Source: Acidobacteria bacterium RIFCSPLOWO2_12_FULL_68_19 (GTDB lineage Bacteria; Acidobacteriota; Vicinamibacteria; Vicinamibacterales; UBA2999). Taken from it: DNA of 64,000 bases. The stretch lies in contig MELF01000020.1 in the NCBI GenBank assembly GCA_001767525.1, positions 11,417 to 75,416 of the forward strand. The letters are read 5' to 3'. The translations under genes and the position numbers were made by a program. The notes under the pieces were generated by a model. The model made no database searches and had not been told where the DNA came from. It was given only the letters and a program-made list of their open reading frames with translations. Shown here piece by piece: positions 17,181 through 30,832 of this stretch. Within the stretch, counting starts at the first letter, position 1; every line of letters starts with the position of its first letter.

Positions 17181-18014
17181 ATGAAATCGATCTACATCGC
17201 TCTGACCGTCGTCGTTCTAGGCGCGACACATCTGGCCGCTCAGGCGGCCCAGGACGTGTACGTGCGGATTCCCGCCGAAGGGACGAAGAACCCGCTCGAG
17301 GGCGACGCCGACGCCGTCAAGGCGGGGATGGGCGCGTATCGCGTCCGCTGCGCCGACTGCCACGGCATGGACGCGCGCGGCATCCGCGGTCCCGACATCA
17401 CGCAGGTCTGGGCGCGCGGGCGCACCGACGCCGCGCTGTTCGGGACCATTCGCCACGGCGTGCCGAACACCGAGATGCCCGCCTTTCCAGCTCCGCGCAC
17501 CTCCGACATGGATATCTGGCGGGTCCTCGCCTACCTGAAGACGATGGCGACGCCGGTCGCCGAGGCGTCCCGCGGCAACGGCGCCGTGGGCGAACGGGTC
17601 TTTGCCACCAACTGTCTGGCGTGCCACCGCGTCAACGGTCGCGGCGGGCGGCTCGGCCCGGACCTCTCGCGCATCGGCGTGGCGCGCACGCGCGCGCACA
17701 TGGCGCGGCAGATCCGGGGCAGCGTGCCTGACTTCCGCACCGGCTACGAGCCGGTCGTCCTGACCACTCCGGGCGGGCAGGAGATTCAGGGCGTGAAGAA
17801 GAACGAGGACCTGTTCTCGGTCCAGATCATGGACACACGCGAACGGATTCAGGGGTATCTCCGCGAGGACCTCCAAGGCGTCACCAACGTCAAGATCTCG
17901 GCGATGCCGACCTTCGGCGCCGAGAAGCTGAGCGACGCGGAGCTCGACGACCTGCTGGCCTATCTCACGGCGCTGCAGGGTCCGGAGCCGCAGGCGGCCA
18001 ACGAGAATCGCTAG
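17181..18014 (+). CDS. Dihaem c-type cytochrome, second domain of the PVC-type haem-binding family
   Basis: In-frame ATG after GAGGA. Signal peptide. Two CxxCH motifs (CADCH, CLACH). C-terminal SAMPTFG...LSDAELDDLLAYL. Confidence 0.85.
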   Translation: MKSIYIALTVVVLGATHLAAQAAQDVYVRIPAEGTKNPLEGDADAVKAGMGAYRVRCADCHGMDARGIRGPDITQVWARGRTDAALFGTIRHGVPNTEMPAFPAPRTSDMDIWRVLAYLKTMATPVAEASRGNGAVGERVFATNCLACHRVNGRGGRLGPDLSRIGVARTRAHMARQIRGSVPDFRTGYEPVVLTTPGGQEIQGVKKNEDLFSVQIMDTRERIQGYLREDLQGVTNVKISAMPTFGAEKLSDAELDDLLAYLTALQGPEPQAANENR

Positions 18015-18019
18015 AGGAC

Positions 18020-19687
18020 ATGCGTATGTATCGAACGATCGCCCGCCTCGCCGTCGTGGCACTCGGGGCCGCCGCCTTCGCCGTCTCGCTGGCCGCCCAG
18101 AACGCGCCGCCGCTCGTCGGCAACCAGGAGCTGCTCGGCGGCCTGAAGCCGGACGGGTCGAGCTGGCTCGTCTTCGGCGGCGGCTACCACAACCAGCGGC
18201 ACAGCCCGCTGACGCAGATCACGCCGCAGAACGTCGCCCGGCTGGTGCCGCAGTGGGTGTTCCAGACCGACACGCTCGGCCGCTTCGAGACGACGCCGCT
18301 CCTGCGCGACAACGTGCTGTACGTGACCGGGCCCCTCAACAAGGCGTGGGCGATCGACGCCCGCACGGGGCGCGAGATCTGGCGCTACGTGCGCGAGCTG
18401 CCGCCGACCGGCTCGCTGACGGCGTGCTGCGGTCTGGTCAACAAGGGATTCGGCGTCCTCGGCGACAAGCTCTTCATGACGACGCTCGACGCGCACCTCC
18501 TCGCGCTCGACATCAAGACAGGCACCGTCGCCTGGGATGCCACGCTGGAGGATTTCCGCAAGGGCTACGCCTCGACCATCGCCCCGCTCGTCGTGAAGGA
18601 CAAGGTGATCGTCGGCGTGGCGGGCGGCGAGTACGGGATCCGCGGCTTCATCGACGCGTACGAGGCGAACACGGGCAAGCTGGCGTGGCGCTTCTACACG
18701 ATTCCGGGCCCGGGCGAACCGGGCAACCAGACCTGGGCGGGCGACTCGTGGCAGCGGGGCGGCGCCAGCGTGTGGGTGACCGGCGCCTACGATCCCGAGC
18801 TGAATCTCGTCTACTACGGCATCGGCAACCCCGGGCCCGACTATCACAGCGAGAGCCGCAAGGGCGACAACCTGTACAGCGACTCGATCGTCGCGCTCGA
18901 CGCCGACACCGGGACGCTCCGCTGGCACTATCAGTTCACGCCGCACGACCTGCACGACTGGGACGCCACCGAGGTGCCGGTCCTCGCGGACGTGACGATT
19001 GCGGGACAGCTCCGGAAGGTCGTGATGTTCGCCAACCGCAACGGCTTCTACTACACGCTGGACCGGGCGACCGGCCAGATCCTCGTCGCCAGGCCGTACG
19101 TCGTGACGACATGGGCCAAGGAGATTGACCGGGATGGGCGTCCCATCCTGCTCCCCGGCAACGTGCCGGACGAGCAGGGCTCGACGACGTGCCCGGACGT
19201 CACTGGCGCCACCAATTTCTGGCCGCCGACCTACGATCCGGCGCAGCGCCTGTTCTTCGTGAACGCGCGCGAGGTGTGCGCCACCTACTACGCGTGGAAA
19301 CAGGAGTTCGTGCCCGGCGAGCGGTACACCGGCGGCGCCGGCCAGCGCGCCAGGGGCCCCGACTACCGCGCCTACGGCGCGCTGCGCGCGATCGATCCGA
19401 CGACGGGCCAGCGAAAATGGGAGTTCGAGTACATCTCGCCGTCCACGTCGGGGCTGCTGTCGACTGCGTCGGGGCTGATCTTCAGCGGCGACGCCGAAGG
19501 GAACTTCCTGGCGCTCGATTCGCGCAGCGGGAAGCTCCTCTGGCGCTTTCCGATGGGATCGGCGCTGCACGGCACGTCGGCGATCACTTACATGCTGGAC
19601 GGGCGGCAGCACGTGCTCGTGCCGGCCGGCACGAACCTGACCGCCTGGGCGCTCCCGGACGTACCGCGCGTGCCGGCGACGCGCTGA
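18020..19687 (+). CDS. PQQ-dependent alcohol/methanol dehydrogenase family protein (quinoprotein)
   Basis: 555 aa with signal peptide. Vicinal Cys TACCGLVN. Repeated W-motifs of the 8-bladed propeller. TPHDLHDWDA aligns to the catalytic Asp region. Confidence 0.88.
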   Translation: MRMYRTIARLAVVALGAAAFAVSLAAQNAPPLVGNQELLGGLKPDGSSWLVFGGGYHNQRHSPLTQITPQNVARLVPQWVFQTDTLGRFETTPLLRDNVLYVTGPLNKAWAIDARTGREIWRYVRELPPTGSLTACCGLVNKGFGVLGDKLFMTTLDAHLLALDIKTGTVAWDATLEDFRKGYASTIAPLVVKDKVIVGVAGGEYGIRGFIDAYEANTGKLAWRFYTIPGPGEPGNQTWAGDSWQRGGASVWVTGAYDPELNLVYYGIGNPGPDYHSESRKGDNLYSDSIVALDADTGTLRWHYQFTPHDLHDWDATEVPVLADVTIAGQLRKVVMFANRNGFYYTLDRATGQILVARPYVVTTWAKEIDRDGRPILLPGNVPDEQGSTTCPDVTGATNFWPPTYDPAQRLFFVNAREVCATYYAWKQEFVPGERYTGGAGQRARGPDYRAYGALRAIDPTTGQRKWEFEYISPSTSGLLSTASGLIFSGDAEGNFLALDSRSGKLLWRFPMGSALHGTSAITYMLDGRQHVLVPAGTNLTAWALPDVPRVPATR

Positions 19688-19936
19688 CCAGGCGGCGCCG
19701 GGCGCCTCGAAGAGCGCGGAACCCCGTTTCGGCGCGTCGGCAGGCAGGCGGCGCGTAGCCCCACGAACGGCCCCCTCCAGGCCAGAAACGGCCGGTTTCC
19801 AGCCATTGTTGGTGAGATCGGATCCCGGCGTCTACAGGTCTTTTCGGCTAGAATGAGGCGCCCGAACCTCGCCCGGGCACGTTATGCTAGGCATAGCGGA
19901 ATTTTTCCCATCGAACCCTGTCGGGGAGGTCGTGTA

Positions 19937-24688
<4,752 letters not shown>

Positions 24689-24692
24689 GGCA

Positions 24693-24717
24693 GGCGGTAG
24701 CTGGCGGGGCTACCGCC
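24693..24717 (+). terminator. Perfect 9-bp hairpin 5 nt after the PFOR stop (no U-tract)
   Basis: GGCGGTAGC tggcggg GCTACCGCC. Sits between convergent genes. A terminator role is inferred only. Confidence 0.35.
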
Positions 24718-24812
24718 TACCAGCTACCGCCTACCAGCTACCGCCTACCAGCTACCAGCTACCGGCTATCGGCTACCGGCTACCGGCTACCGGCTATCGG
24801 CTACCGCCTCCC
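24718..24812 (-). repeat. 7-bp tandem array (CTACCRS)n, the reverse complement of the GGTAGCC array at 13689
   Basis: CTACCAG/CTACCGC/CTACCGG/CTATCGG repeated about 13 times between the PFOR stop and the sodA stop. Confidence 0.85.
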
Positions 24813-24821
24813 AACTGACGG

Positions 24822-25418
24822 TCACAGCGCCTTGTTCACTTCCGCCCAGTTCACGACGTTCCACCACGCCGAGATGTAGTCCGGGCGTCGGTTCTGATAC
24901 TTCAGGTAATAGGCGTGCTCCCAGACGTCGAGCCCGAGAATCGGCGTCTTGCCCTCCATGAGCGGGCTGTCCTGGTTGGGCGTGCTCGCGATTGAGAGTG
25001 TGTTCCCGTCCTTGACGACCCAGGCCCAGCCGCTGCCGAAGCGGCCGACCGCGGCCTTCGCGAACTGATCCTTGAACGCGTCGAAGCTGCCGAACGACGC
25101 GTTGATCGCGTCGGCAATCTTGCCGGCCGGCGCGCCGCCCGCATTCGGCGCCATCCACGTCCAGAACCGGCTGTGGTTCCAGTGACCGCCGCCGTTGTTG
25201 CGGACGGCGGTCCGGATCTCCTCCGGGACGCTGTTGAGACCGCGGCACAGGTCCTCGACGCTCTTCGACTGCAGACCGGGATGCTTCTCCAGCGCGGCGT
25301 TCAGGTTGTTGACGTACGCCTGGTGATGCTTCCCGTGATGAATCTGCATCGTCTGCGTATCGATGTGCGGTTCGAGGGCACCGAAGTCGTACGGGAGCTT
25401 GGGGAGTTCGTGCGCCAT
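24822..25418 (-). CDS. sodA: Superoxide dismutase, Mn-type signature
   Basis: 198 aa. Motifs [53 protein letters not shown] upstream of the ATG. Confidence 0.93.
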   Translation of the reverse strand: MAHELPKLPYDFGALEPHIDTQTMQIHHGKHHQAYVNNLNAALEKHPGLQSKSVEDLCRGLNSVPEEIRTAVRNNGGGHWNHSRFWTWMAPNAGGAPAGKIADAINASFGSFDAFKDQFAKAAVGRFGSGWAWVVKDGNTLSIASTPNQDSPLMEGKTPILGLDVWEHAYYLKYQNRRPDYISAWWNVVNWAEVNKAL

Positions 25419-25437
25419 GAAGTCCTCCTCGCGAGGC

Positions 25438-25512
25438 GGCGGGCCGTAAAGGCCCGCCCTACGCGCGCAATGGATCGCGCGGAAATCGTAGGGTGCCCCT
25501 TTACGGGGCGCC
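25438..25512. repeat. Inverted doublet of REP-like GTAG-hairpin units (REPIN-like)
   Basis: GGCGGGCC gtaaa GGCCCGCC CTAC, a 25-nt spacer, then GTAG GGTGCCCC tttac GGGGCGCC. The heads face each other. Confidence 0.7.
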
Positions 25513-25538
25513 AGAACCCGCCAATCGTACTCGGGTCG

Positions 25539-26699
25539 CTACTGGATAGACAACATGCGATCGAGCGCCACCCGCGTCCAGTGTTTCTGGTGATCGGGGA
25601 CGACGATCTCGTTGTGGACACGCTCCTCGACCAGCTCTTCCAGGATCCAGAGCAGGTGGTTCGGGGAAACCCGGAACATGGTGGAACAGAGGCAGCCGAA
25701 CTGGTCGAGCGACAGCACGGTGCGCTCGGGCGCGAGCGAGCGCGCCAGCCTGTTGACGAGGTGGACCTCGGTGCCCACGGCCCAGACCGACCCCGCCGGG
25801 CTGGTCGTGATCGCCTTGACGATGTACTCCGTGCTGCCCATGTCGTCGGCCGCCTGGGCGACCTCCCACGGCACCTCCGGGTGAACGATGACCCGCACGC
25901 CCGGATGCTGTCGGCGAACGGCCTCGACCTGCGGCACCGAAAAGCGCGTATGCACCGAACAGTACCCCTTCCACAGGATCATCCGGGCGCGCACGAGCCG
26001 GTCGGGATCGACCCCGCCGACGATCTCGTCGGGATCCCAGACCACCATCTCGTCGAGGGCGATTCCCATGCGGTAGGCCGTGTTTCGGCCCAGATGCTGA
26101 TCGGGCAGGAAGAGCACCTTCTCGCCGCGCGAGAACGCCCAGCGCAGCGCGGCGGCGGCATTCGATGAGGTGCAGACGGTCCCGCCCCGCTCGCCGACGA
26201 ACGCTTTGATCGCCGCGGCAGAGTTGATGTAGGTGACGGGGACCACGCCCGCCTGTCCGGAGCCCCGCCGAGTGGCCACCTCCATTTCCATCAACTCGTC
26301 CCAGCCGCGATCGAGCTGGTCGGGAGCGGCCATGTCGGCCATCGAGCAGCCCGCCGCCAGGTCCGGCAGGATCACCCGCTGATGCTCCGCCGCGAGCACG
26401 TCGGCGCTCTCGGCCATGAAATGCACGCCGCAGAAGACGATGTAGTCGGCCTCGGGGCGCGCGGCCACGTGACGCGCCAGGCGGAACGAGTCGCCGGTGT
26501 AGTCGGCGAACTTGATGACCTCGTCGCGCTGGTAGTGATGGCCGAGGATGACGAGGCGGCTGCCGAGCGACCGCCGGGCCTCGGCGATGCGCGCGTCCAT
26601 CTCGTCCTCCGACAAACCGAGGTACCGGTCGGGGAGCGCCTGGCGCTCGGTGATGTGCTCTTTCTCGAACTCGGTCAGCAGGGGAGTCATCGACGCCAT
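25539..26699 (-). CDS. nadA: Quinolinate synthase
   Basis: 386-aa C-terminal part of ORF 25539..27716, from MASMTPLL. Motifs ILGHHYQRDEV, FCGVHFMAE, VTYINSAA, GYCSVH. Confidence 0.9.
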   Translation of the reverse strand: MASMTPLLTEFEKEHITERQALPDRYLGLSEDEMDARIAEARRSLGSRLVILGHHYQRDEVIKFADYTGDSFRLARHVAARPEADYIVFCGVHFMAESADVLAAEHQRVILPDLAAGCSMADMAAPDQLDRGWDELMEMEVATRRGSGQAGVVPVTYINSAAAIKAFVGERGGTVCTSSNAAAALRWAFSRGEKVLFLPDQHLGRNTAYRMGIALDEMVVWDPDEIVGGVDPDRLVRARMILWKGYCSVHTRFSVPQVEAVRRQHPGVRVIVHPEVPWEVAQAADDMGSTEYIVKAITTSPAGSVWAVGTEVHLVNRLARSLAPERTVLSLDQFGCLCSTMFRVSPNHLLWILEELVEERVHNEIVVPDHQKHWTRVALDRMLSIQ

Positions 26700-26818
26700 G
26701 GCACTCGACCTTGTGAAACTTTTCTCAATCTCAGGACGTGAAAAAGGCCAAACCCCCCATTCGGCTGTCGCCCGGGTGAGCTTGGACCTGCTTTCAGTAT
26801 ACGGTAGCTGCGCCCGCG

Positions 26819-27922
26819 CTACCCAGCCACCGGTTGCCGGATGTTGTAGAAGGTGTCGCGCTCGAACGGCTCCCGCCCGGCCGCCCGCACGAGCCGCGAC
26901 AGTTGCGCCATCGTCAACCCGTCGGGGGTCGGTGAGCCCGCCATGTGGTAGATCCGCTCCTCCTGGACGGTGCCGTCCAGGTCGTCCACGCCGAACCAGA
27001 GCGCCGCCTGCGCCGTCTCGACACCGGTGGCAACCCAGAACGCCTTGATGTGCGGAATGTTGTCGAGCACGAGGCGCGACACGGCGTGCACTTTCAGCGT
27101 GTCGGCCGCACTCGGCGCCGGCAGCTTCCGCATCTGGTTGTTGTCGGGATGGAACGCCAGCGGGATGAACGCCTGAAACCCGTCCGTCTCGTCCTGCAGC
27201 GCCCGCGCCCGCAGCATGTGGTCGACCCGCTCCTCGTCGGTTTCGATGTGCCCGTAGAGCATCGTCACGTTGGTCTTCATGCCGAGGCGATGGGCGAGAC
27301 GGTGGATCGCCAGGTACCGATCGGCGTCGCACTTGTCGTGGCAGATCTTGCGGCGGACGCGCTCGGCGAAGATTTCCGCGCCGCCGCCTGGGAGCGAGTC
27401 GAGCCCCGCTTCCCTCAGTTCGCGGAGCACCTGCTCGTCGGTCATCCCGTACAGATCGGAGAAGAATGCGATCTCGACGGCCGTGAAGCACTTGAGATGG
27501 ATGTCGGGCCGGATGCGTTTGAACCCGCGCAGCAGCTCCGTGTAGTAGTCGAACGGCAGGTCGGGATTGAGGCCGTTGACGATGTGGATTTCCGTGAGCG
27601 GCTGATCCGCGCGCTGGCGGAGCTTGTCCCACGCCTGCTCGAGCGGCATCGTGTACGCCGCCGCATCGGAGGGCTGCAGCCGCGCGAACGAGCAGAACAG
27701 GCAGCTGGCGATGCACACGTTGGTCGGCTCGAGCCGCAGGTTGTAGTTGAAATAGGTGCGCGCGCCGTGCCGCTTCTCACGCTCGCGGTTGGCGAGCCAG
27801 CCGACCGCCAGCAGGTCTGGACATGCGAAGAGACGAACGCCGGCGGCGAGGTCGAGCCGGTCGCCCGCCTCGAGCTTGCGGCCGATGTCGGCCAGACCCG
27901 CCGCCTCGACACGCGGATGCAC
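26819..27922 (-). CDS. Radical SAM menaquinone (futalosine pathway) enzyme, MqnE/MqnC family
   Basis: 367 aa with GTG start. Radical SAM CIASCLFCSF in the context YFNYNLRLEPTNVC. Size and flanks fit aminofutalosine synthase or cyclic DHFL synthase; I cannot separate the two by eye. Confidence 0.75.
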   Translation of the reverse strand: MHPRVEAAGLADIGRKLEAGDRLDLAAGVRLFACPDLLAVGWLANREREKRHGARTYFNYNLRLEPTNVCIASCLFCSFARLQPSDAAAYTMPLEQAWDKLRQRADQPLTEIHIVNGLNPDLPFDYYTELLRGFKRIRPDIHLKCFTAVEIAFFSDLYGMTDEQVLRELREAGLDSLPGGGAEIFAERVRRKICHDKCDADRYLAIHRLAHRLGMKTNVTMLYGHIETDEERVDHMLRARALQDETDGFQAFIPLAFHPDNNQMRKLPAPSAADTLKVHAVSRLVLDNIPHIKAFWVATGVETAQAALWFGVDDLDGTVQEERIYHMAGSPTPDGLTMAQLSRLVRAAGREPFERDTFYNIRQPVAG

Positions 27923-27957
27923 GCGAGAACCTCACGAAATTCTAGCGTGCTATACTG

Positions 27958-28100
27958 CGGTGGCCAAACTGACACCGCCGGGTGATCAGGGGAAGTGGGT
28001 GCGAAGCCCACACGGTCCCGCCACTGTGAGCGGCGCCCGCCTTCGCCCTAACGGGCTACGGCGTGGCGCGCGAGTCAGGAAACCTGCCCCGGCGCTTGTC
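27958..28100 (+). promoter_or_regulatory. Cobalamin (B12) riboswitch
   Basis: Core GGGAAGUGGGUGCGAAGCCCACACGGUCCCGCCACUGUGAGC plus B12-box GAGUCAGGAAACCUGCC, about 40 nt upstream of the GGGAGGAG RBS of the ABC ATPase. Confidence 0.85.
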
Positions 28101-28137
28101 CCCTTATGTCCGGCGCGAGGGACGCCGGGAGGAGACG

Positions 28138-28953
28138 ATGTTCCTCCAGCTCCAGCAGGTTTCTTTCGGGTACGACCCGCCGTCGCGCCGCTCCCGCGGA
28201 GCAGGTCCGCATGGGTTCTCCCTGCGTGACGTATCGCTGTCGATCGAACGCGGATCGCTGACCGGCCTGCTCGGCCCGAACGGCTGCGGCAAGACGACGC
28301 TGCTGAAGCTGATGGCCGGCGTGCTGCGGCCGCGGACCGGCACGGTCCTCTTCGACGGCCGCGCCATCGCCGACATTCCCCGCCGCGAGCTCGCCCGGCA
28401 TGTCGCGGTCGTGCCGCAGGAGACGCATCCGGCGTTCGACTACTCCGTGCTGGAGATGGTGCTGATGGGCCGGCACCCCCATCTCGGCGCGTTCCGGCTC
28501 GAAGGCCCCGACGACCTCGCGATTGCGTCCGACGCGCTGACGGCGACCGGCACCGCGCACCTGGCCGGCCGCTCGTACATGTCGCTCAGCGGCGGCGAGA
28601 AGCAGCGCGTCATCATCGCCAGCGCCCTCGCGCAGCAGCCCGACGTGCTGTTGCTGGACGAACCGACGGCCTCGCTCGACCTCGCCTACCAGCTCGAGGT
28701 GGCCGCTCTCCTGGCGCGTCTTCGGGGCGAGCGCGGCGTCACGATCGTGCTCGCCACCCACGACCTCAACCTCGCGGCCTCGCTGTGCCACACGCTCGTG
28801 CTCGTGCGCGAGGGACGTGTCCTCGCGCAGGGGGCGACCACTGAGGTGCTGAACAGCGGCATGATCCGCCAGTTGTACGACGTCGAGGCCGACGTTCGAT
28901 TCCACCACCGATCGGGCCACCTGACGGTCGTGCCGATCGGACGCGCGCAATGA
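28138..28953 (+). CDS. btuD: ABC transporter ATP-binding protein, cobalamin/siderophore (BtuD/FecE) type
   Basis: In-frame ATG of ORF 28063..28953. Walker A GPNGCGKTT, signature LSGGEKQR, Walker B LLLDEPT. Sits downstream of the B12 riboswitch. Confidence 0.85.
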   Translation: MFLQLQQVSFGYDPPSRRSRGAGPHGFSLRDVSLSIERGSLTGLLGPNGCGKTTLLKLMAGVLRPRTGTVLFDGRAIADIPRRELARHVAVVPQETHPAFDYSVLEMVLMGRHPHLGAFRLEGPDDLAIASDALTATGTAHLAGRSYMSLSGGEKQRVIIASALAQQPDVLLLDEPTASLDLAYQLEVAALLARLRGERGVTIVLATHDLNLAASLCHTLVLVREGRVLAQGATTEVLNSGMIRQLYDVEADVRFHHRSGHLTVVPIGRAQ

Positions 28954-29996
28954 CCGGACCATCCTCCGCCGTCGTCCGCGTCGATGCGGCGCCGCAGCCG
29001 ATTCGGCTGCGGTTGACGTTCACGCTTCTCGGCTACGGCGCTCTCGCCCTGCTGGCGTGCCTGGTGGCGCCGCTCGTCGGCAGCACGCCGATCAGCGTGT
29101 CGCGCGCGTTCGATCGGTCGGTCCCGTTCGCGGACAACATCGACGCGCAGATCTTCTTCCTCGCGCGCATGCCGCGGGTGCTGGCCGGCGCGGTGGTCGG
29201 CGCCGCCCTGGCATCGGCGGGCGTGGTGCTGCAAGCGCTGCTACGCAATCCCCTCGCGACGCCGTTCACCCTCGGCATCTCCGCCGGCGCGGCCCTGGGA
29301 GCGATGCTGGCGATCTCGGCCGGCGCCGCCGTGGCGCTGGGCCCGATCTCCTCCGTCCCGCTGGCGAGTCTCGCCGGCGCGTTCCTCGCCACCGCTCTCG
29401 TCTACGCGCTGGCCACGAGGCCGGGACGCCCGATGTCGACCGCCGTGCTGCTGTTGGCCGGCGTGACGCTCAACTCGTTCTTCTCCGCGCTGATTCTCTT
29501 CGTGCAGTACATGGCCGACTTCGCCGAGGCCTACCGGACCGTGCGCTGGCTGATGGGCGACCTCGACGTCGGCGGCTTCGGACCGATCGCCGGCATCCTG
29601 CCGCTCGTCCTTGTCGCCTTCGCGCTGTTTGCGACGCTCCCGTCCTCGCTCAACCTGCTCAGCGTCGGCGCCGACATCGCGGCCACGCGCGGCGTGGACG
29701 TGGCGCGCACCGAGCGCCGCGCGTTCCTCAGCGCGGCGCTCGCCACCAGCGCCGCCGTCGCGCTGGCCGGACCGATTGGCTTCATCGGAATCGTGGTGCC
29801 GCATCTGGTCCGGCTGATGACCGGCGCCGACCATCGCGTCGTGCTCCCTGCCTCGGCGCTCTTCGGCGCCGCGTTTCTCGTGGGCTGCGATCTGGTCGCG
29901 CGCACGGTGCTGGCGCCGGTCGAGATGCCGGTCGGCATCGTGACCGCGATGATTGGAGGGCCGTTCTTCCTATGGCTGCTCGTGCGCAAGGCCTGA
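28950..29996 (+). CDS. btuC: FecCD-family ABC permease (BtuC-like)
   Basis: 348 aa, multi-TM. Motifs RNPLATPFTLGISAGAALGA and GPIGFIGIVVPHLVR. Overlaps the ATPase stop by 4 nt. Confidence 0.85.
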   Translation: MTGPSSAVVRVDAAPQPIRLRLTFTLLGYGALALLACLVAPLVGSTPISVSRAFDRSVPFADNIDAQIFFLARMPRVLAGAVVGAALASAGVVLQALLRNPLATPFTLGISAGAALGAMLAISAGAAVALGPISSVPLASLAGAFLATALVYALATRPGRPMSTAVLLLAGVTLNSFFSALILFVQYMADFAEAYRTVRWLMGDLDVGGFGPIAGILPLVLVAFALFATLPSSLNLLSVGADIAATRGVDVARTERRAFLSAALATSAAVALAGPIGFIGIVVPHLVRLMTGADHRVVLPASALFGAAFLVGCDLVARTVLAPVEMPVGIVTAMIGGPFFLWLLVRKA

Positions 29997-30832
29997 TCCT
30001 CGCCGTCGCCCTCGCCGCGGGCGCGGCGGCTGGCGCGCAACCGGCGGCACGTATCGTCTCGCTCGTTCCGGCGCTGACCGAGATGCTGTTTGCGATCGGC
30101 GCCGGGCCGCAGGTCGCCGCGGTCAGCAACTATGACGACTTCCCGCCCGAGGTCAAGACGCTGCCGCACGTCGGCGCGCTGCTGGATCCAGACGTGGAGC
30201 GGATCCTGGCGCTGCGCCCCGATCTCGTCATCACCTACAAGTCGCAGGACGCTCTCGAAGCGCAGCTCGCCGGGGCCGGCATCAAGACGTTCAGCTATCG
30301 GCACGGCAACCTCGACGCGCTCTTCCGGACGATGCACGACCTCGGCGCGGCCACCGGGCATCCCGCCGGGGCGGCCGGCAAGGCGGAGGAGATCCGCCAG
30401 CAGCTCGAAGCCGTCCGCGCGCGCGTCGCGGGGCGCGGGCGTCCCCGAGTGCTGCTCGTGTTCGGCCGTGAACCGCAGACCCTGAGGCAGCTGTACGTGA
30501 GCGGCGGAGCCGGATTCCTGCACGAGATGCTCGACATTGCCGGCGGCACCAACGTCTTTGGCGACGTGCGCCGCGAGTCGGTGCAGCCGTCGCAGGAGAC
30601 GCTGCTCGCGCGCGCGCCCGACGTGATTCTCGAAGTCCGCGCCACACGGCCCGTGCTCGGAACGGAGGTCGGTCGCGAGCGCGCGGTGTGGTCGGCGCTC
30701 CCCTCCGTCCCGGCGGTTCGGACGGGCCGCATCCACTTCCTGAACGGCGACCACCTCGTCGTGCCCGGTCCCAGGATCGGCGCGGTCACCGAAGCGTTCG
30801 CCCGGGCGATTCACCCCGAGGCGTTCCAGTGA
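29972..30832 (+). CDS. btuF: Periplasmic cobalamin/siderophore-binding protein (BtuF-like) with signal peptide
   Basis: In-frame ATG of ORF 29057..30832. Signal LILAVALAAGAAAGAQPAA. Motifs RIVSLVPALTEMLFAIG and PDLVI. Confidence 0.75.
   Translation: MAARAQGLILAVALAAGAAAGAQPAARIVSLVPALTEMLFAIGAGPQVAAVSNYDDFPPEVKTLPHVGALLDPDVERILALRPDLVITYKSQDALEAQLAGAGIKTFSYRHGNLDALFRTMHDLGAATGHPAGAAGKAEEIRQQLEAVRARVAGRGRPRVLLVFGREPQTLRQLYVSGGAGFLHEMLDIAGGTNVFGDVRRESVQPSQETLLARAPDVILEVRATRPVLGTEVGRERAVWSALPSVPAVRTGRIHFLNGDHLVVPGPRIGAVTEAFARAIHPEAFQ

Noticed and set aside
25539-27716. 725-aa ORF and the similar 586-aa ORF 55344..57104
   Set aside because: Only the C-terminal 386 aa (NadA) and 408 aa (NagA) look like real proteins. 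The N-terminal extensions are Arg/Pro-rich and overlap the independently supported MqnE/C-type and PIN-like genes.
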